DNA from: Terriglobia bacterium
GTDB lineage: Bacteria; Acidobacteriota; Terriglobia; Terriglobales; Acidobacteriaceae
NCBI GenBank assembly: GCA_963741105.1
Contig: CAVUGT010000014.1
Coordinates: forward strand, 7,952 to 71,951
Direction of reading: 5' to 3'
Length of the DNA stretch: 64,000 nucleotides
The notes beneath the pieces were generated by a model, which had not been told where the DNA came from, made no database searches, and saw nothing but the letters and a program-made list of their open reading frames with translations. The position numbers and the translations under genes are program-made. Below, in pieces: positions 1 through 10,571 of this stretch (positions are counted from its first letter, which is position 1; each line of letters begins with the position of its first letter).

Positions 1-11
1 CTTTGATTTTC

Positions 12-48
12 GAAAACGAGCGGCGGCAAACCGCTCGTTTCATTTTCG
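12..48 (+). terminator. Terminator-like hairpin at window edge
   Basis: 10-bp stem AAACGAGCGG (14-23) / CCGCTCGTTT (31-40) with a 7-nt loop, then CATTTTCG. It is T-rich on both sides, so it may serve an off-window gene on either strand. Confidence 0.45.
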
Positions 49-114
49 TCTGAAGTTCTTACGGGCCCCTGCTTGTTCGAAAGCCGCGCCCAGCGGCCGA
101 AGCGGAGGTTGTTC

Positions 115-1431
115 ATGCAATTACGAAAGTCCGCGAGCGTTGCGCTTGCGATCCTTCTGATACTACCCGTCCTGTCCGCGCAGCAGACGAATCCCCTGTC
201 CAACGCCGACGTCATAAAAATGGTGAAAGCCGGAACGCCCGACGCCACCATCGCGAATGCCATTGCCACGGCCAGCGATACTCAGTTCGATCTTTCGTCC
301 ACTGGGCTGCAGACACTCGGCCAGGCCGGAGTGAGCAGCAAAGTAATCCGGGCCATGCTGGCGGCAGAGTCGAAAAAGAAAGATGCTGCCGCAGCAGCGG
401 AGAATGCGGCGCCTGCGCAGGAGGCACCCGCTGCACAAGCCGCGGACACATCGTCAGGCATGGGCTCCCAGGGAATGGCGCCAGGAATGTCGGCGGACCA
501 GATGCAACAGATGCAGCAAATGATGAACAACATGCCGCCTGAAATGCGGGAGCGCATGCAAGCGTCTATGGCGGCGCGAAACGCAGCCAGGTCTGGACGG
601 GGAGGAGGATCGGGTCGCTCCGCCAACTCCATCCCATCTCACGCCGGAGTGCCGGTTCCGCTGGATAGCCCGCTGTATACCTCTTTCATGCGGCTGAAGA
701 CCCAGCCCGGGTATCGCATGGTCATGGCCATGCACAGCACCGATCCCAGAATGGAGCAGGCCGCTCAGAGCATATTCACTCCAGGGGAATTATTGGTTGT
801 GGGGGATACGCGGCAGTACACCATGCATTACAAGATGCAGGCCACAGACATACCTGGAAGGGTGGATGACTGGGAGATCCGTGCGGTGGTGCAAAACGGC
901 CGGGCAGCGCGGCTCATTACTTCGGCTGCCGTGCCTCGATTACTGAAGGAAAGCGAGGAAAAGGCAGCTCACGACCTGGCCGAGTTGGACCGCATGGCCG
1001 CGACCTCGATCGCTCGGGCCGCCGCCGAAGGACCCATGGGCGCGATCGGAGCAGGAATGACTGCCGCAGGAGTCGCAATGGCGCATGCGGAAGTTCCCAA
1101 AATGCTGAAGAAGGAGCGGGATATGTTTTCCTGGCAGTGCCGTGACGTCGCCCCGAGCGGGCCAGGCGCACAGTCCACGACACAGCTCACCGACCTGCAC
1201 CCCATCGGCGACCAGAACGCGGATGGCACGATGGCGGACGGATACGAGTTCCACTCTTACGATAACGAGAAGACCCAGGGTACGGTGCACCTTCTTGTTG
1301 CGAAAGACACCGGCTTGCCGTTGCGCCTGGAACTGCTCGATCCTCGCGGCGCCGGCGGGATCCAGATGAATTACATCCTGCTCGCGACTCCGCCAACTAT
1401 CGAAACTCCACCTTGTCTGGCAGGCAAGTAG
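115..1431 (+). CDS. Secreted hypothetical protein with Ala/Gln/Met-rich low-complexity linker
   Basis: ORF 73..1431. The internal ATG at 115 is preceded by GGAGG and gives the signal-peptide-like N-terminus MQLRKSASVALAILLILPVLSAQQ. No recognisable catalytic motif. Confidence 0.7.
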   Translation: MQLRKSASVALAILLILPVLSAQQTNPLSNADVIKMVKAGTPDATIANAIATASDTQFDLSSTGLQTLGQAGVSSKVIRAMLAAESKKKDAAAAAENAAPAQEAPAAQAADTSSGMGSQGMAPGMSADQMQQMQQMMNNMPPEMRERMQASMAARNAARSGRGGGSGRSANSIPSHAGVPVPLDSPLYTSFMRLKTQPGYRMVMAMHSTDPRMEQAAQSIFTPGELLVVGDTRQYTMHYKMQATDIPGRVDDWEIRAVVQNGRAARLITSAAVPRLLKESEEKAAHDLAELDRMAATSIARAAAEGPMGAIGAGMTAAGVAMAHAEVPKMLKKERDMFSWQCRDVAPSGPGAQSTTQLTDLHPIGDQNADGTMADGYEFHSYDNEKTQGTVHLLVAKDTGLPLRLELLDPRGAGGIQMNYILLATPPTIETPPCLAGK

Positions 1432-1506
1432 TAGTCCGCGCAATTACCTGCCGGTTTGGTGCCGCTCCGCCACGAACCACGTGGGGACGCTGCCCTCAGC
1501 CGTCCG

Positions 1507-1535
1507 GTCGAGCAAAGCTCGACATTTGTTTCTGT
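1507..1535 (+). terminator. Rho-independent terminator after the 115..1431 gene
   Basis: GTCGAGC-AAA-GCTCGAC stem-loop (1507-1523) followed by ATTTGTTTCTGT. Confidence 0.6.
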
Positions 1536-1760
1536 CAAACCAAAACTCGCGGAGCGTTGCTCCGCCGGACTGCCGAAGCCGCCTTCACCAACAATCCATC
1601 CCTAGTATTTTCCAATTATTGATCGATCGTTTTTCGGCTTTACCTTGACCAGCACACGTCGTGCGAACGATCGGTCGAGAGAAGCCAAAACCGACCTCCC
1701 AAACCTCTCCGAGATTCGCGGACGCATCCCTGGTGTGAACTGTTGTGGAGAGATGAGTCC

Positions 1761-4700
1761 ATGCAAAAGCAATTCGTGTTGCTAGTTCTGGGATTCGCGC
1801 TATCTGCTTTCGGTCAAAGCAACTACGCCGGCGTCGCAGGTACGGTTACGGATCCACAGCATCTCCCCGTCGCGGGAGCCGCGATCCAACTGACTGCCGC
1901 CAGCACCGGCGCCATCCGCCACGTCGTCACGGACCAGCGCGGCCTGTTCGAAGTCTTGGCGCTCTTGCCAGATGACTACGAACTCACCACCGATGCCGCC
2001 GGCTTTGCTCAAGGAAAGCAAACTTTTCGGCTTGAGGTGGGACAGAGACTTACCCTGCCAATCAATCTAACGGTGGGTGCAGTGAAGCAGGGAGTCGATG
2101 TCACGGCCGCGAATGAAGTATTGCACACCACCGATGCCAGCGTTGGCGAGGTCGTCGAGCCTAAGTCTATCCGCGAGTTGCCGCTTAACGGACGAATGCT
2201 GATCGACTTGGTCCTCACCGTACCCGGCGCCCACGTGGGATTTGGCGCGCAAACCGGCTCGACGAATCCGCTTTACTGGCGCCCTGGCCAGCGCTCCGCG
2301 GTTGTCATCGGTGGCAGTCGCCCGAATGCGAACTTTTTCCTGCTGGACGGAGCAACCAACACGGATCCCACCTTCAACACACAGAACCTCAGCCCCTCGC
2401 CCGCCGCGGTCAGGGAATTTCAGGTGGAAACCAGCAGCTACACGGCGGACATGGGTGGCGCAGGCGGCGGTCAGATCAACATCATCACGCACTCGGGTTC
2501 CAACCGATACCACGGGACGGTCTACGAATTTCTTCGCAACGGAGCGATGGATGCGAGCACTTTTGGCTCCATGGGAAATAATCATTTGGTGCAGAATAAC
2601 TTCGGAGCTTCCTTCGGAGGGCCGCTGGTCGGAAAGAACACTTTCTTTTTTCTCAACTACGAAGGTTTCCGTTTGTCACAAGCGGATGCACAGATTCTGA
2701 CGGTGCCCACCCAGGATGAGATCATGGGCGACTTCAGTATGAGCAGTGTCAAGATCTACGACCCTACAACCGCCGTTGCCAATCCGAGCTTTGATCCGAC
2801 GAAACCAACCGGACCTACAAATTTCCCCTATACCCGCTCTCAGTTTCCCAACAATATGATTCCGTCGGACAGAATCAATCCACTCCTGACAGATTTCCTG
2901 CTCAAATACGTGCCCCGCCCCAACATGATGATGATGGACGGTGCTCCGGATTCGAACAATTACCTCGACATACGCAACGAACTACACGTACAAGACCAGG
3001 GCACGGTTCGCGTAGACCACAATTTCTCAAACGATGACACTATTTTTGGCAGGTACAGTATCGGTACGGAGAATGGCTTCTCGCCGAGCAGTGGGGTGAC
3101 GGCCACGACGGAAGATCTTCCGGGATTCGGAGCAAACTTCGACAATCGTTCGCAGCAGGCAGTGATCTCCTGGAACCACGTCTTCGCCCCCAACAAGGTC
3201 AACACTGGTTCGTTTGCGGTCTCCCGCCTGTCGATGGATCGTACATCCCAAAACGATGGTGTGAATGACATCGTCACCGCGCTGGGCATCAAGGGCGTGG
3301 GATTCGGCGGGCCAAACGCTTGGGGCGCTCCCTGGTTCGCCGCCCAGGGCTACACCGGAATCGGAGATACTTTTGCCGCAACGCCCATGCATGCCTGGGA
3401 CACGATGTACGAATTCCGGGATGCTTTCGCATGGCAGCGTGGACGTCACGGTATCAAAATGGGCGGCGATTTCCATTGGTACACGTGGCCGATGTGGGGA
3501 TTTTTCCAGAACCGCGGCTTCTATCAATACACCAACGGGTACACAACCGAATTCGGATTTAACAACGGGACGGGCTCCGGGTTCGCAAGCATGCTTTTGA
3601 GTCTGCCTGCCGTCAAACAACGCCAGGCAGGCATCCCACAAATGGATTTGCGTAATTGGGGCAGTGATGCGTTCATCGAAGATAGTTGGCAGGTAACACC
3701 GACGACGACACTGAACCTGGGCGTGCGGTACGAATATTCAAACCCGCTCTACGACAAGGACAATACCAACACCAACCTGATCTTCAACAATGGTGTACCT
3801 TCGGTGTTCGTCGGTGGCCAGAACGGATACCCGCAAGGGCTGATGTATGCGAACAAACACAACTTTGCGCCCCGTATCGGAATCGCCAAGAGCATTCCAA
3901 ATCATGGCCTCGTGCTTCATGCATCGTATGGGATCTTTTTCACGCCCGTGGACCAGAACACCTGGTGCAACCAGCGGCACAACGTACCGTATGTATTTCC
4001 GGAAACACAGCAGGCGGACAACTTCACTCCTCCGGCTGCGCTCTTTGCGAATGGCTTGAATTTCGGAACTCCAGTTTTGGGTACGGGAGCACTACCGGCG
4101 ACGACAGTAAGCTTTACGGCATTCGATCCACACGCCCCTGCGCAGTACGTGCAGCAGTGGAATGGTTCCGTGCAAAAGAGCCTGGGGAAGGACACATCCC
4201 TCGAAATCGGATATCTCGGCTCACGCGGCTTTCATCTGCAACGCTCGCACTTGATCAACAACACGCTTCCTGGACCCGGTCCGTTGGGGCCACGACGTCC
4301 GTTCAAAACGCTGACGTTCGTTCCCGACACCAAGTTGCAGCAGGGTAGTGCTGATGCCGTTATCCAGAGCCAGACTTTTCCTGTCAGCACGATCAACCTT
4401 TTGGAAAACACGGCCCAAAGCTGGTACGACGCAGGCTACGTCAATGTGCGCCGCCGCTATTCGCACGGGTTGAGCTTTCTCGCCAACTACACCTATGCCA
4501 AGAATCTGACCAACGCTCCGGACTTCCGCTCGCCCATGGACGAATCGGCCATCCCGCAAAACAACCGCGACCTCGAGGCCGAAAAAGGGCCGGGCTGTGA
4601 CGTGCGCCATCGCTTCGCGCTCAGTAGCGTTTACGATATCCCTGCTTTTGGTCGAGCGGAATGGGCGAGAATGGTGACGCAGAATTGGCATTTCTCGACC

Positions 4701-5135
4701 ATCTACCAGGTTCAATCGGGAATGCCATTTACCATCTCCGTATTCGGCGACACGGCGAATTCCGGCACGGTGTTGGGAGAGAACCCCATTCGTGCAAATG
4801 TCACCGGACAGCCCGTCTTTGGCCCCGGTACGCACACATCTGACGAGTGGTTCAACCCTGCAGCTTTCGCTACACCCCCGGCCTTTACCTATGGCAATGC
4901 TGGACGGAATTCCGTTTATGGTCCGCGGCAGCAAAGCCTGGACCTCGCCCTGGCACGTTCGTTTAATCTCACGGAAAGAGCCACATTTCAGGTCCGTGCC
5001 GAGGCCTTCAATGCGCTCAACAAGGTCAACCTCGGCACACCCAATCGCTTCGTAAATACCCCGCAGTTCGGGACGATCACCATGGCGATGACGCCGGGCC
5101 GGGAACTTCAATTCAGTGCAAGGCTTTCGTTCTAA
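1761..5135 (+). CDS. TonB-dependent outer-membrane receptor with N-terminal carboxypeptidase-regulatory-like domain
   Basis: 1130-aa ORF. ATG at 1761 gives the signal peptide MQKQFVLLVLGFALSAFGQ. N-terminus GTVTDPQHLPVAGAAIQL is CarboxypepD_reg-like, followed by a plug-like region. C-terminus ends in the aromatic ...QFSARLSF typical of beta-barrel OMPs. Confidence 0.9.
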   Translation: MQKQFVLLVLGFALSAFGQSNYAGVAGTVTDPQHLPVAGAAIQLTAASTGAIRHVVTDQRGLFEVLALLPDDYELTTDAAGFAQGKQTFRLEVGQRLTLPINLTVGAVKQGVDVTAANEVLHTTDASVGEVVEPKSIRELPLNGRMLIDLVLTVPGAHVGFGAQTGSTNPLYWRPGQRSAVVIGGSRPNANFFLLDGATNTDPTFNTQNLSPSPAAVREFQVETSSYTADMGGAGGGQINIITHSGSNRYHGTVYEFLRNGAMDASTFGSMGNNHLVQNNFGASFGGPLVGKNTFFFLNYEGFRLSQADAQILTVPTQDEIMGDFSMSSVKIYDPTTAVANPSFDPTKPTGPTNFPYTRSQFPNNMIPSDRINPLLTDFLLKYVPRPNMMMMDGAPDSNNYLDIRNELHVQDQGTVRVDHNFSNDDTIFGRYSIGTENGFSPSSGVTATTEDLPGFGANFDNRSQQAVISWNHVFAPNKVNTGSFAVSRLSMDRTSQNDGVNDIVTALGIKGVGFGGPNAWGAPWFAAQGYTGIGDTFAATPMHAWDTMYEFRDAFAWQRGRHGIKMGGDFHWYTWPMWGFFQNRGFYQYTNGYTTEFGFNNGTGSGFASMLLSLPAVKQRQAGIPQMDLRNWGSDAFIEDSWQVTPTTTLNLGVRYEYSNPLYDKDNTNTNLIFNNGVPSVFVGGQNGYPQGLMYANKHNFAPRIGIAKSIPNHGLVLHASYGIFFTPVDQNTWCNQRHNVPYVFPETQQADNFTPPAALFANGLNFGTPVLGTGALPATTVSFTAFDPHAPAQYVQQWNGSVQKSLGKDTSLEIGYLGSRGFHLQRSHLINNTLPGPGPLGPRRPFKTLTFVPDTKLQQGSADAVIQSQTFPVSTINLLENTAQSWYDAGYVNVRRRYSHGLSFLANYTYAKNLTNAPDFRSPMDESAIPQNNRDLEAEKGPGCDVRHRFALSSVYDIPAFGRAEWARMVTQNWHFSTIYQVQSGMPFTISVFGDTANSGTVLGENPIRANVTGQPVFGPGTHTSDEWFNPAAFATPPAFTYGNAGRNSVYGPRQQSLDLALARSFNLTERATFQVRAEAFNALNKVNLGTPNRFVNTPQFGTITMAMTPGRELQFSARLSF

Positions 5136-5204
5136 GCGTTTGAAACAGTCTTTCGCATGAGCGGCGGCGGCAATATAATTAGTAGACGCTGAAGGAGGAC
5201 GGTT

Positions 5205-5807
5205 GTGGCAGTTTCGAGTTCCGCGGTTCCCAATATTCACGCCGCCCCTGATGCCGACGCCAGCTTTTACGAAAAGCTGAACAGCCGCTGGCACGAGCGC
5301 GCGCTTCAAGCCTTCATGTTTGTCGTGCTGGCTCACTGGGGCGAGCACCTGGTTCAGGCTTATCAGATTTATGTCATGGGATGGCCACGCCCGAAGGCCA
5401 ACGGCATTCTGGGTCTGTGGTACCCCTGGCTGATCCAGTCCGAAACTCTGCACTACGGCTACGCCGTGGTCATGCTGATTGGTCTCTGGACCCTGCGCAA
5501 AGGATTTACCGGACGGGCGCGAACCTGGTGGACAATCGCGTTAGTCATCCAGTTCTGGCACCACATCGAACATTTCCTGCTCATCTTCCAGGCTACAACC
5601 CACCACAATTTCTGGGGCAAGCCCGTGCCATGCAGCGTCTTGCAGTTATTTTTCCCCCGCGTGGAACTACACCTGTTCTACAACTCGATCGTGTTCATCC
5701 CTATGGTCATCGGGATGTACTATCACATGTTTCCGCCCGAGGGTGAGCCAAGGAACATCACCTGTACCTGCGAATGGGGCAGCCACGCCTCCGGAAAAGC
5801 TGCTTAG
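5205..5807 (+). CDS. Hypothetical integral membrane protein (His/Trp-rich)
   Basis: GTG start preceded by GGAGGA. Several hydrophobic segments. No family recognised. Confidence 0.6.
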   Translation: MAVSSSAVPNIHAAPDADASFYEKLNSRWHERALQAFMFVVLAHWGEHLVQAYQIYVMGWPRPKANGILGLWYPWLIQSETLHYGYAVVMLIGLWTLRKGFTGRARTWWTIALVIQFWHHIEHFLLIFQATTHHNFWGKPVPCSVLQLFFPRVELHLFYNSIVFIPMVIGMYYHMFPPEGEPRNITCTCEWGSHASGKAA

Positions 5808-5815
5808 TCGCATAC

Positions 5816-5842
5816 GTGGGGACAGCCGCCCTCGGCTGTCCC
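5816..5842. repeat. REP-like hairpin (GTGGGGAC family)
   Basis: GTG-GGGACAGCCG-CCCT-CGGCTGTCCC, a perfect 10-bp stem immediately after the stop of the 5205..5807 gene. Shares the GTGGGGAC lead-in with copies at 1481, 14626 and 23352. Confidence 0.45.
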
Positions 5843-5970
5843 AATTGGTCCCGCTCAGCGTCTCACGATTCGCATCCGCCATTCACCAAACTGGCATACA
5901 ATCGTCTCGCTCTTTTGCGGCCCTCCGCAAAGCCCGACCCAGTCAATCGATCCATCTAAATCAGGAGGCA

Positions 5971-6723
5971 ATGATGGCTACTGCCGCAGCAGGCAATCGC
6001 GTGCCCGTGGTCACCAGCGCCCCAGGCCGCCGTTACGACCATTTCTTTTTCTCTGGGATGGCTTTGCTTCTACTGGTCGCGGTTTTTGTTGGCTTTGCAC
6101 GCACTTACTATCTCGCCGGGATGTTTCACGCGACGCTCCCAAGCGTCATCATCCACCTGCATGGAGCGGCATTTTCTTGCTGGATTCTCGTGCTGATCGC
6201 ACAAACCTCGCTAGTGGCGGCCGGCCGCGTGGATATCCATCGCCGCCTCGGCGTATTCGGTTTTCTTTTAGCGTGCGCGATGGTCGTTCTCGGCGTCCTG
6301 GCAGGTACCAACTCCCTGGCCCGAGGCTTTGCCCCTCCGGGATTGGACGCAGCCACGTTTTACGTAGTGCCGATCACGGACATGCTGATCTTCTCCACTC
6401 TTGTCTTCTTTGCCTTCCGCAATCGCTCCAATCCTGCCGCCCACAAACGGTTCATCCTGATCGCCACGATTGGGCTGATGATCGCAGCCGTTGCGCGCTG
6501 GCCCTTCGCCCCGGTCTACCGAAATCCTATCGCGGCAGCGCTGGTGACTTACCTCTTCTTGCTCCTTCTTGTGGGGTACGACCTGTGGTCAATCCGCAAG
6601 GTTCATCGCGCTACGCTATGGGCCGGGGCATTTCTCATCGTCGTACAGCAGATCAGAGTACCGATCGGCATGACGGCCGCGTGGCATACCTTCGCAGCCT
6701 GGGCGGGATCGATGGTGGGCTGA
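5971..6723 (+). CDS. Hypothetical multi-pass membrane protein
   Basis: In ORF 5743..6723, the ATG at 5971 is preceded by AGGAGG. About 6 hydrophobic helices. The upstream part of the ORF overlaps the REP-like element. Confidence 0.6.
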   Translation: MMATAAAGNRVPVVTSAPGRRYDHFFFSGMALLLLVAVFVGFARTYYLAGMFHATLPSVIIHLHGAAFSCWILVLIAQTSLVAAGRVDIHRRLGVFGFLLACAMVVLGVLAGTNSLARGFAPPGLDAATFYVVPITDMLIFSTLVFFAFRNRSNPAAHKRFILIATIGLMIAAVARWPFAPVYRNPIAAALVTYLFLLLLVGYDLWSIRKVHRATLWAGAFLIVVQQIRVPIGMTAAWHTFAAWAGSMVG

Positions 6724-6786
6724 AACTCGCGGCAAGATTTCTTGACTCACCGATAAACGTCTCCGGGCCTCAAAGGAGAACTACGC

Positions 6787-7308
6787 GTGCAACTTTGGAG
6801 AGTGGGTTTCGTAATATTTTCTACAGCTGTCATTGCCGCGTCGGCAGATCTTCCAATTGGACCAGTGAATGTGCAGGATGTAAGCACCATTGAGGGGATC
6901 ATCACCGCCAGCTATGAAGCCTTGAGTGGGCCGCCGGGAAAGCGACGCGACTGGGCGAGGTACCGCAGTCTTTGCGATCCGGACGTCCGCCTCGTCTCAG
7001 CTTCAGGAGATTCAAAAACCGGTAAGACAAAAATCATTCGCTGGAACTTGCAGAAATACATCCATGATGTCGACGGCTACCTCGTGGGAACCGGCTTCGA
7101 GGACAAGAAACTGGCATGCGTGCCCAAGCTCTATGGCAATGTGGCCACAGTTCTTTGCGGCTTTGAAGGCAGAGAACAGTCCAAGTTGGTGGAACGCGGA
7201 GTCGCGATCTACCAAATCTACAATGACGGTAGCCGTTGGTGGATCACATCAGTGATCTGGGACCGGGAGCACCCAGGAAACCCGATCCCTTCAGAGTTGC
7301 AAAAGTGA
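6787..7308 (+). CDS. Secreted hypothetical protein, possibly NTF2/SnoaL-like fold
   Basis: GTG start after AAGGAG and a signal-like N-terminus. The fold assignment is a weak impression only. Confidence 0.5.
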   Translation: MQLWRVGFVIFSTAVIAASADLPIGPVNVQDVSTIEGIITASYEALSGPPGKRRDWARYRSLCDPDVRLVSASGDSKTGKTKIIRWNLQKYIHDVDGYLVGTGFEDKKLACVPKLYGNVATVLCGFEGREQSKLVERGVAIYQIYNDGSRWWITSVIWDREHPGNPIPSELQK

Positions 7309-7336
7309 CACCGGGGGCCAAACAAAACGGACCGAT

Positions 7337-7729
7337 CTAGTTCACCGTGAACGTCATCGCGCTTGAAGTCGAAGCCTTCGTTCCCCCCGTGCCATAAATA
7401 CCGCCTGAGCCCGGAGTGGCCGGATTCGTCACCGTAATCGGAACGGCGCCGGGAGTCGCGATGGCCGTAGCTGGGATCGTGGCGGTAAGTTGCCCAGCCG
7501 TCACTCGGGTCGTGGCCTGGCTCGCGCCGTTCCAGTTAATGACCGCGTTCGTGGAAAAGCTGCTGCCGTTCACGGTCAACATGAACTGCGGGTCGCCGGA
7601 ATTAGCGGTGTTAGGAACCAATGCCGCGATGGTGGGCTTGACTCCGGGCTGCGGAGCCGCCGCCTGAGGAGTGCTGTATCCACATCCCAGGCCAAACATT
7701 GTGAGCAATAAGATAGAGGCTATTTTCAT
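7337..7729 (-). CDS. Lipoprotein with IPT/TIG-like domain
   Basis: MKIASILLLTMFGLGCGYS lipobox-like signal. ...PTIAALVPNTANSGDPQFMLTVNGSSFS...AVPITVTNP resembles IPT/TIG repeats. Confidence 0.65.
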   Translation of the reverse strand: MKIASILLLTMFGLGCGYSTPQAAAPQPGVKPTIAALVPNTANSGDPQFMLTVNGSSFSTNAVINWNGASQATTRVTAGQLTATIPATAIATPGAVPITVTNPATPGSGGIYGTGGTKASTSSAMTFTVN

Positions 7730-7917
7730 GGTCCTTCTCCAGTCGGGGAATTCAGCTTGAAAGTTAGCAAGGCAGAAAGATCGGAGTGTCAGCAGGGTGT
7801 TACTTTCTTGTCAAGGAAATGTCTATCCGGATGTAGGCGCGAGTGCCCACATTAGCTTCTTTTCGCCCAAGGCCCCGAAATCTAGTAGGATGTCGTCGCC
7901 CAACGGAGAACAGCGCC

Positions 7918-9531
7918 ATGCTGAGCTACTCTCGCGGTCCCGATCAAGAGCTATGGGAGTTGACCATCGGGCAAGTCCTCGACCGCGGCGTTGAATGCTG
8001 GGGCGACAGCCTGGCCCTGGTTTCCTGTCATCAATCGAAGCGCTACACCTGGCGCGAACTGCGTGATGCGTCCGACGCCGTCGCGCGTGGGCTCGCGTCC
8101 CTCGGAATTCGGCGCGGAGATCGTGTAGGCCTGTGGTCCACGAACTGCGCCGAATGGGTGCTGGTCCACCTGGCATGTGCGCGAGCCGGAGCGATTCTGG
8201 TCAATGTGAACCCGGCCTATCGCACTCACGAGTTGGCCTTCACATTGCAGAAATCTCGCATGAAAGTCTTGTTTCTGTGGGAGCGCGACGCGAGAGCAGA
8301 GTATGCGCAGATTCTGGACGAAGCGCGGTCAGGAAAGCAGCTGAGTCTGGAGCACGCCATATTTTTCGGCAGCGAGCGCTGGCAAGAACTGCAAACTGCA
8401 TCGGCGGAAATCTGCGAGACGATTGAACCTGGAGATGTCGCCAACATCCAATACACCTCGGGCACGACCGGCCAGCCAAAGGGGGTGATGCTGACCCATC
8501 GCAATCAGGTGAACAACGGCAGGATGCTGGCAGCCGGCATGCGCTATACCGACCGTGATCGCATCTGCGTGCCGTTGCCCATGTATCACTGCTTCGGCTG
8601 CGTGATCGGAACTATGTCAGCTCTCGCCAGCGGTGCTGCCATCATCATGCCGAACTGGACCTTCGATGCTCGAGCCGCGTTGCAGGCCGTACAGACCGAG
8701 AAGGCGACCTCCCTTTACGGTGTCCCTGCAATGTTCATCGCTGAACTCTGCCTGCCGGACTTCAAATCCTACGATTTGTCCAGTTTGCGCACTGGAATGA
8801 TGGCAGGAGCACCCTGTCCGGTGGAAGTGATGAAGCGAGTTATGTGCGAGATGGGCTGCGCCGAGCTGACTATCGGCTACGGGCAAACGGAGAGTACGCC
8901 GGTAGTGACCATGTCGGCGCCCGATGATCCGGTTGAGCTGCGGGTTTCGACCGTCGGCAAGGCTCTGCCATGTACCGAGATGAAAGTTGTTTCGGTACTC
9001 GATGGACAGACCGTTCCAACTGGCGAGCAGGGCGAAGTCTGCGCCCGCGGCTACATGGTGATGAAGGGATACGACGGTGACCCGGAGTCGACCGCGCGGG
9101 CCGTCGATGCGGAAGGTTGGCTGCACACCGGAGATGTCGGAGTCATGCGGGAAGACGGCTACATTCATCTGACCGGACGCGCCAAAGACATGATCATTCG
9201 CGGCGGTGAGAACGTGTATCCCCGCGAGTTGGAGGAGTTCTTGTACACCCATCCCAAGGTCGCCGAGGTGCAGGTCGTGGGAATTCCCGACGAGCGCCTG
9301 GGCGAAGTCGTCGTGGCTTGGGTACGGCTGAAAGCAGATGAGAAAGCGACCGAGGAAGAGCTCCGCAAATTCTGCGAAGGCAAGATCGCGTACTTCAAGA
9401 TTCCCCAGTACGTGCGCTTCGTAGAGCAGTTTCCGATGACAGTAACCGGGAAGATTCAGAAGTTCCGCATCCGCGAGATCGAAACCAAAGAGCGCGGCCT
9501 GGAAAAAGTGGCCAAACTGGAGACGGCGTAG
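7918..9531 (+). CDS. AMP-dependent synthetase/ligase (acyl-CoA synthetase family)
   Basis: YTSGTTGQPKGVMLTH AMP-binding motif, GYGQTE, and the GDVG...DGY..L.GR.KD.I..GGENVYP C-terminal motifs. ATG at 7918 chosen over the upstream alternative start at 7843. Confidence 0.9.
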   Translation: MLSYSRGPDQELWELTIGQVLDRGVECWGDSLALVSCHQSKRYTWRELRDASDAVARGLASLGIRRGDRVGLWSTNCAEWVLVHLACARAGAILVNVNPAYRTHELAFTLQKSRMKVLFLWERDARAEYAQILDEARSGKQLSLEHAIFFGSERWQELQTASAEICETIEPGDVANIQYTSGTTGQPKGVMLTHRNQVNNGRMLAAGMRYTDRDRICVPLPMYHCFGCVIGTMSALASGAAIIMPNWTFDARAALQAVQTEKATSLYGVPAMFIAELCLPDFKSYDLSSLRTGMMAGAPCPVEVMKRVMCEMGCAELTIGYGQTESTPVVTMSAPDDPVELRVSTVGKALPCTEMKVVSVLDGQTVPTGEQGEVCARGYMVMKGYDGDPESTARAVDAEGWLHTGDVGVMREDGYIHLTGRAKDMIIRGGENVYPRELEEFLYTHPKVAEVQVVGIPDERLGEVVVAWVRLKADEKATEEELRKFCEGKIAYFKIPQYVRFVEQFPMTVTGKIQKFRIREIETKERGLEKVAKLETA

Positions 9532-9543
9532 CGGCCCTGGTTC

Positions 9544-10488
9544 CTAGAGAATCTTCTTTCCGAACGCCGACTGAGCCAATTCAACTGCCAGGTTCGCCGT
9601 GCGGTTGTGCTCGTCAATCACCGGATTGACTTCGACAATTTCAAAACTCAACATGCGTCCGTGGTCGGCGATGATCTCCATCGCTAGGTGAGCTTCGCGA
9701 TAGGTCGCGCCGCCACGAACGGGAGTACCTACACCGGGCGCGTCTTCGGGATCGATCCAGTCCATGTCGAGCGAAATGTGATAGCCGGCGGTGCCGCGTC
9801 CGGCCATGCGCAGCGCCTCTTCCATCACCGTGCGCATGCCACGCTCATCGATGTCGCGCATGGTGAAGACGCCGATGCCTGCCCGCCGCACGTTCTCCTT
9901 TTCGACGGCATCAATGTCGCGCACTCCCACCAGTACACAATTCTCCGGCCTCACCTTGGGTGAGAAATCAAAAATGTTCGCCAGTTCCGCCGGGCCTAGG
10001 CCCATCGTCGCGGCCAAAGGCATGCCATGGACATTCCCGCTGGGCGAGCTATCGGGCGTATTAATATCGGTGTGCGCATCCATCCAGATCAGTCCAATCT
10101 TCTGATTCTGACGCCGGTAGAACTCAGCTACGCCAGCCACCGTTCCGGCCGCCACCGAGTGGTCCCCGCCCAGTACCAGTGGAACCAGGCCGGCTTCCAG
10201 AGTTTTCACTACCAACTCCGCATGCTTGGTACAGGTCGCGGTAATTTCCTTCAGATACTTGGCCGATGGGTCGCCCACCGTCTTCTGTTCCGGAATCGCG
10301 ACCGCGACGTTGCCGGCGTCCTCCACAACATGACCCAGTTCTTCCAGCCGCGCCTCAAGTCCAGCTACCCGTACCGCCGAGGGACCCATGTCCACGCCCC
10401 GGCGCGATTGTCCCAAATCAAGCGGGACACCAATTACCCGAATCTTCTTCGGCACAATGTTGGATGAAGTTGTGGGTGATGGGTTCAT
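9544..10488 (-). CDS. rocF: Arginase
   Basis: Ureohydrolase motifs GGDHSVA, DAHTDINTP, SGNVHGMPLA and SLDMDWIDP. Length 314 aa. Confidence 0.88.
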   Translation of the reverse strand: MNPSPTTSSNIVPKKIRVIGVPLDLGQSRRGVDMGPSAVRVAGLEARLEELGHVVEDAGNVAVAIPEQKTVGDPSAKYLKEITATCTKHAELVVKTLEAGLVPLVLGGDHSVAAGTVAGVAEFYRRQNQKIGLIWMDAHTDINTPDSSPSGNVHGMPLAATMGLGPAELANIFDFSPKVRPENCVLVGVRDIDAVEKENVRRAGIGVFTMRDIDERGMRTVMEEALRMAGRGTAGYHISLDMDWIDPEDAPGVGTPVRGGATYREAHLAMEIIADHGRMLSFEIVEVNPVIDEHNRTANLAVELAQSAFGKKIL

Positions 10489-10496
10489 AGAGAAAT

Positions 10497-10531
10497 CTGA
10501 GAACTGAGAACCGTGAACTAACAGCTAAGAG
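10497..10531 (+). repeat. CTGAGAAC-type purine-rich intergenic motif, copy 1
   Basis: CTGAGAACTGAGAACCGTGAACTAACAGCTAAGAG, between the asnS stop and the arginase start. Confidence 0.6.
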
Positions 10532-10571
10532 TAAATCCCGACTACCACGGCACTTCTGGCGGATAAAAGTT

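Noticed and set aside
6177-6893. 238-aa ORF overlapping the 5971..6723 membrane protein gene in another frame.
   Set aside because: Arg/Pro-rich translation with no RBS. The overlapping frame encodes coherent transmembrane helices.
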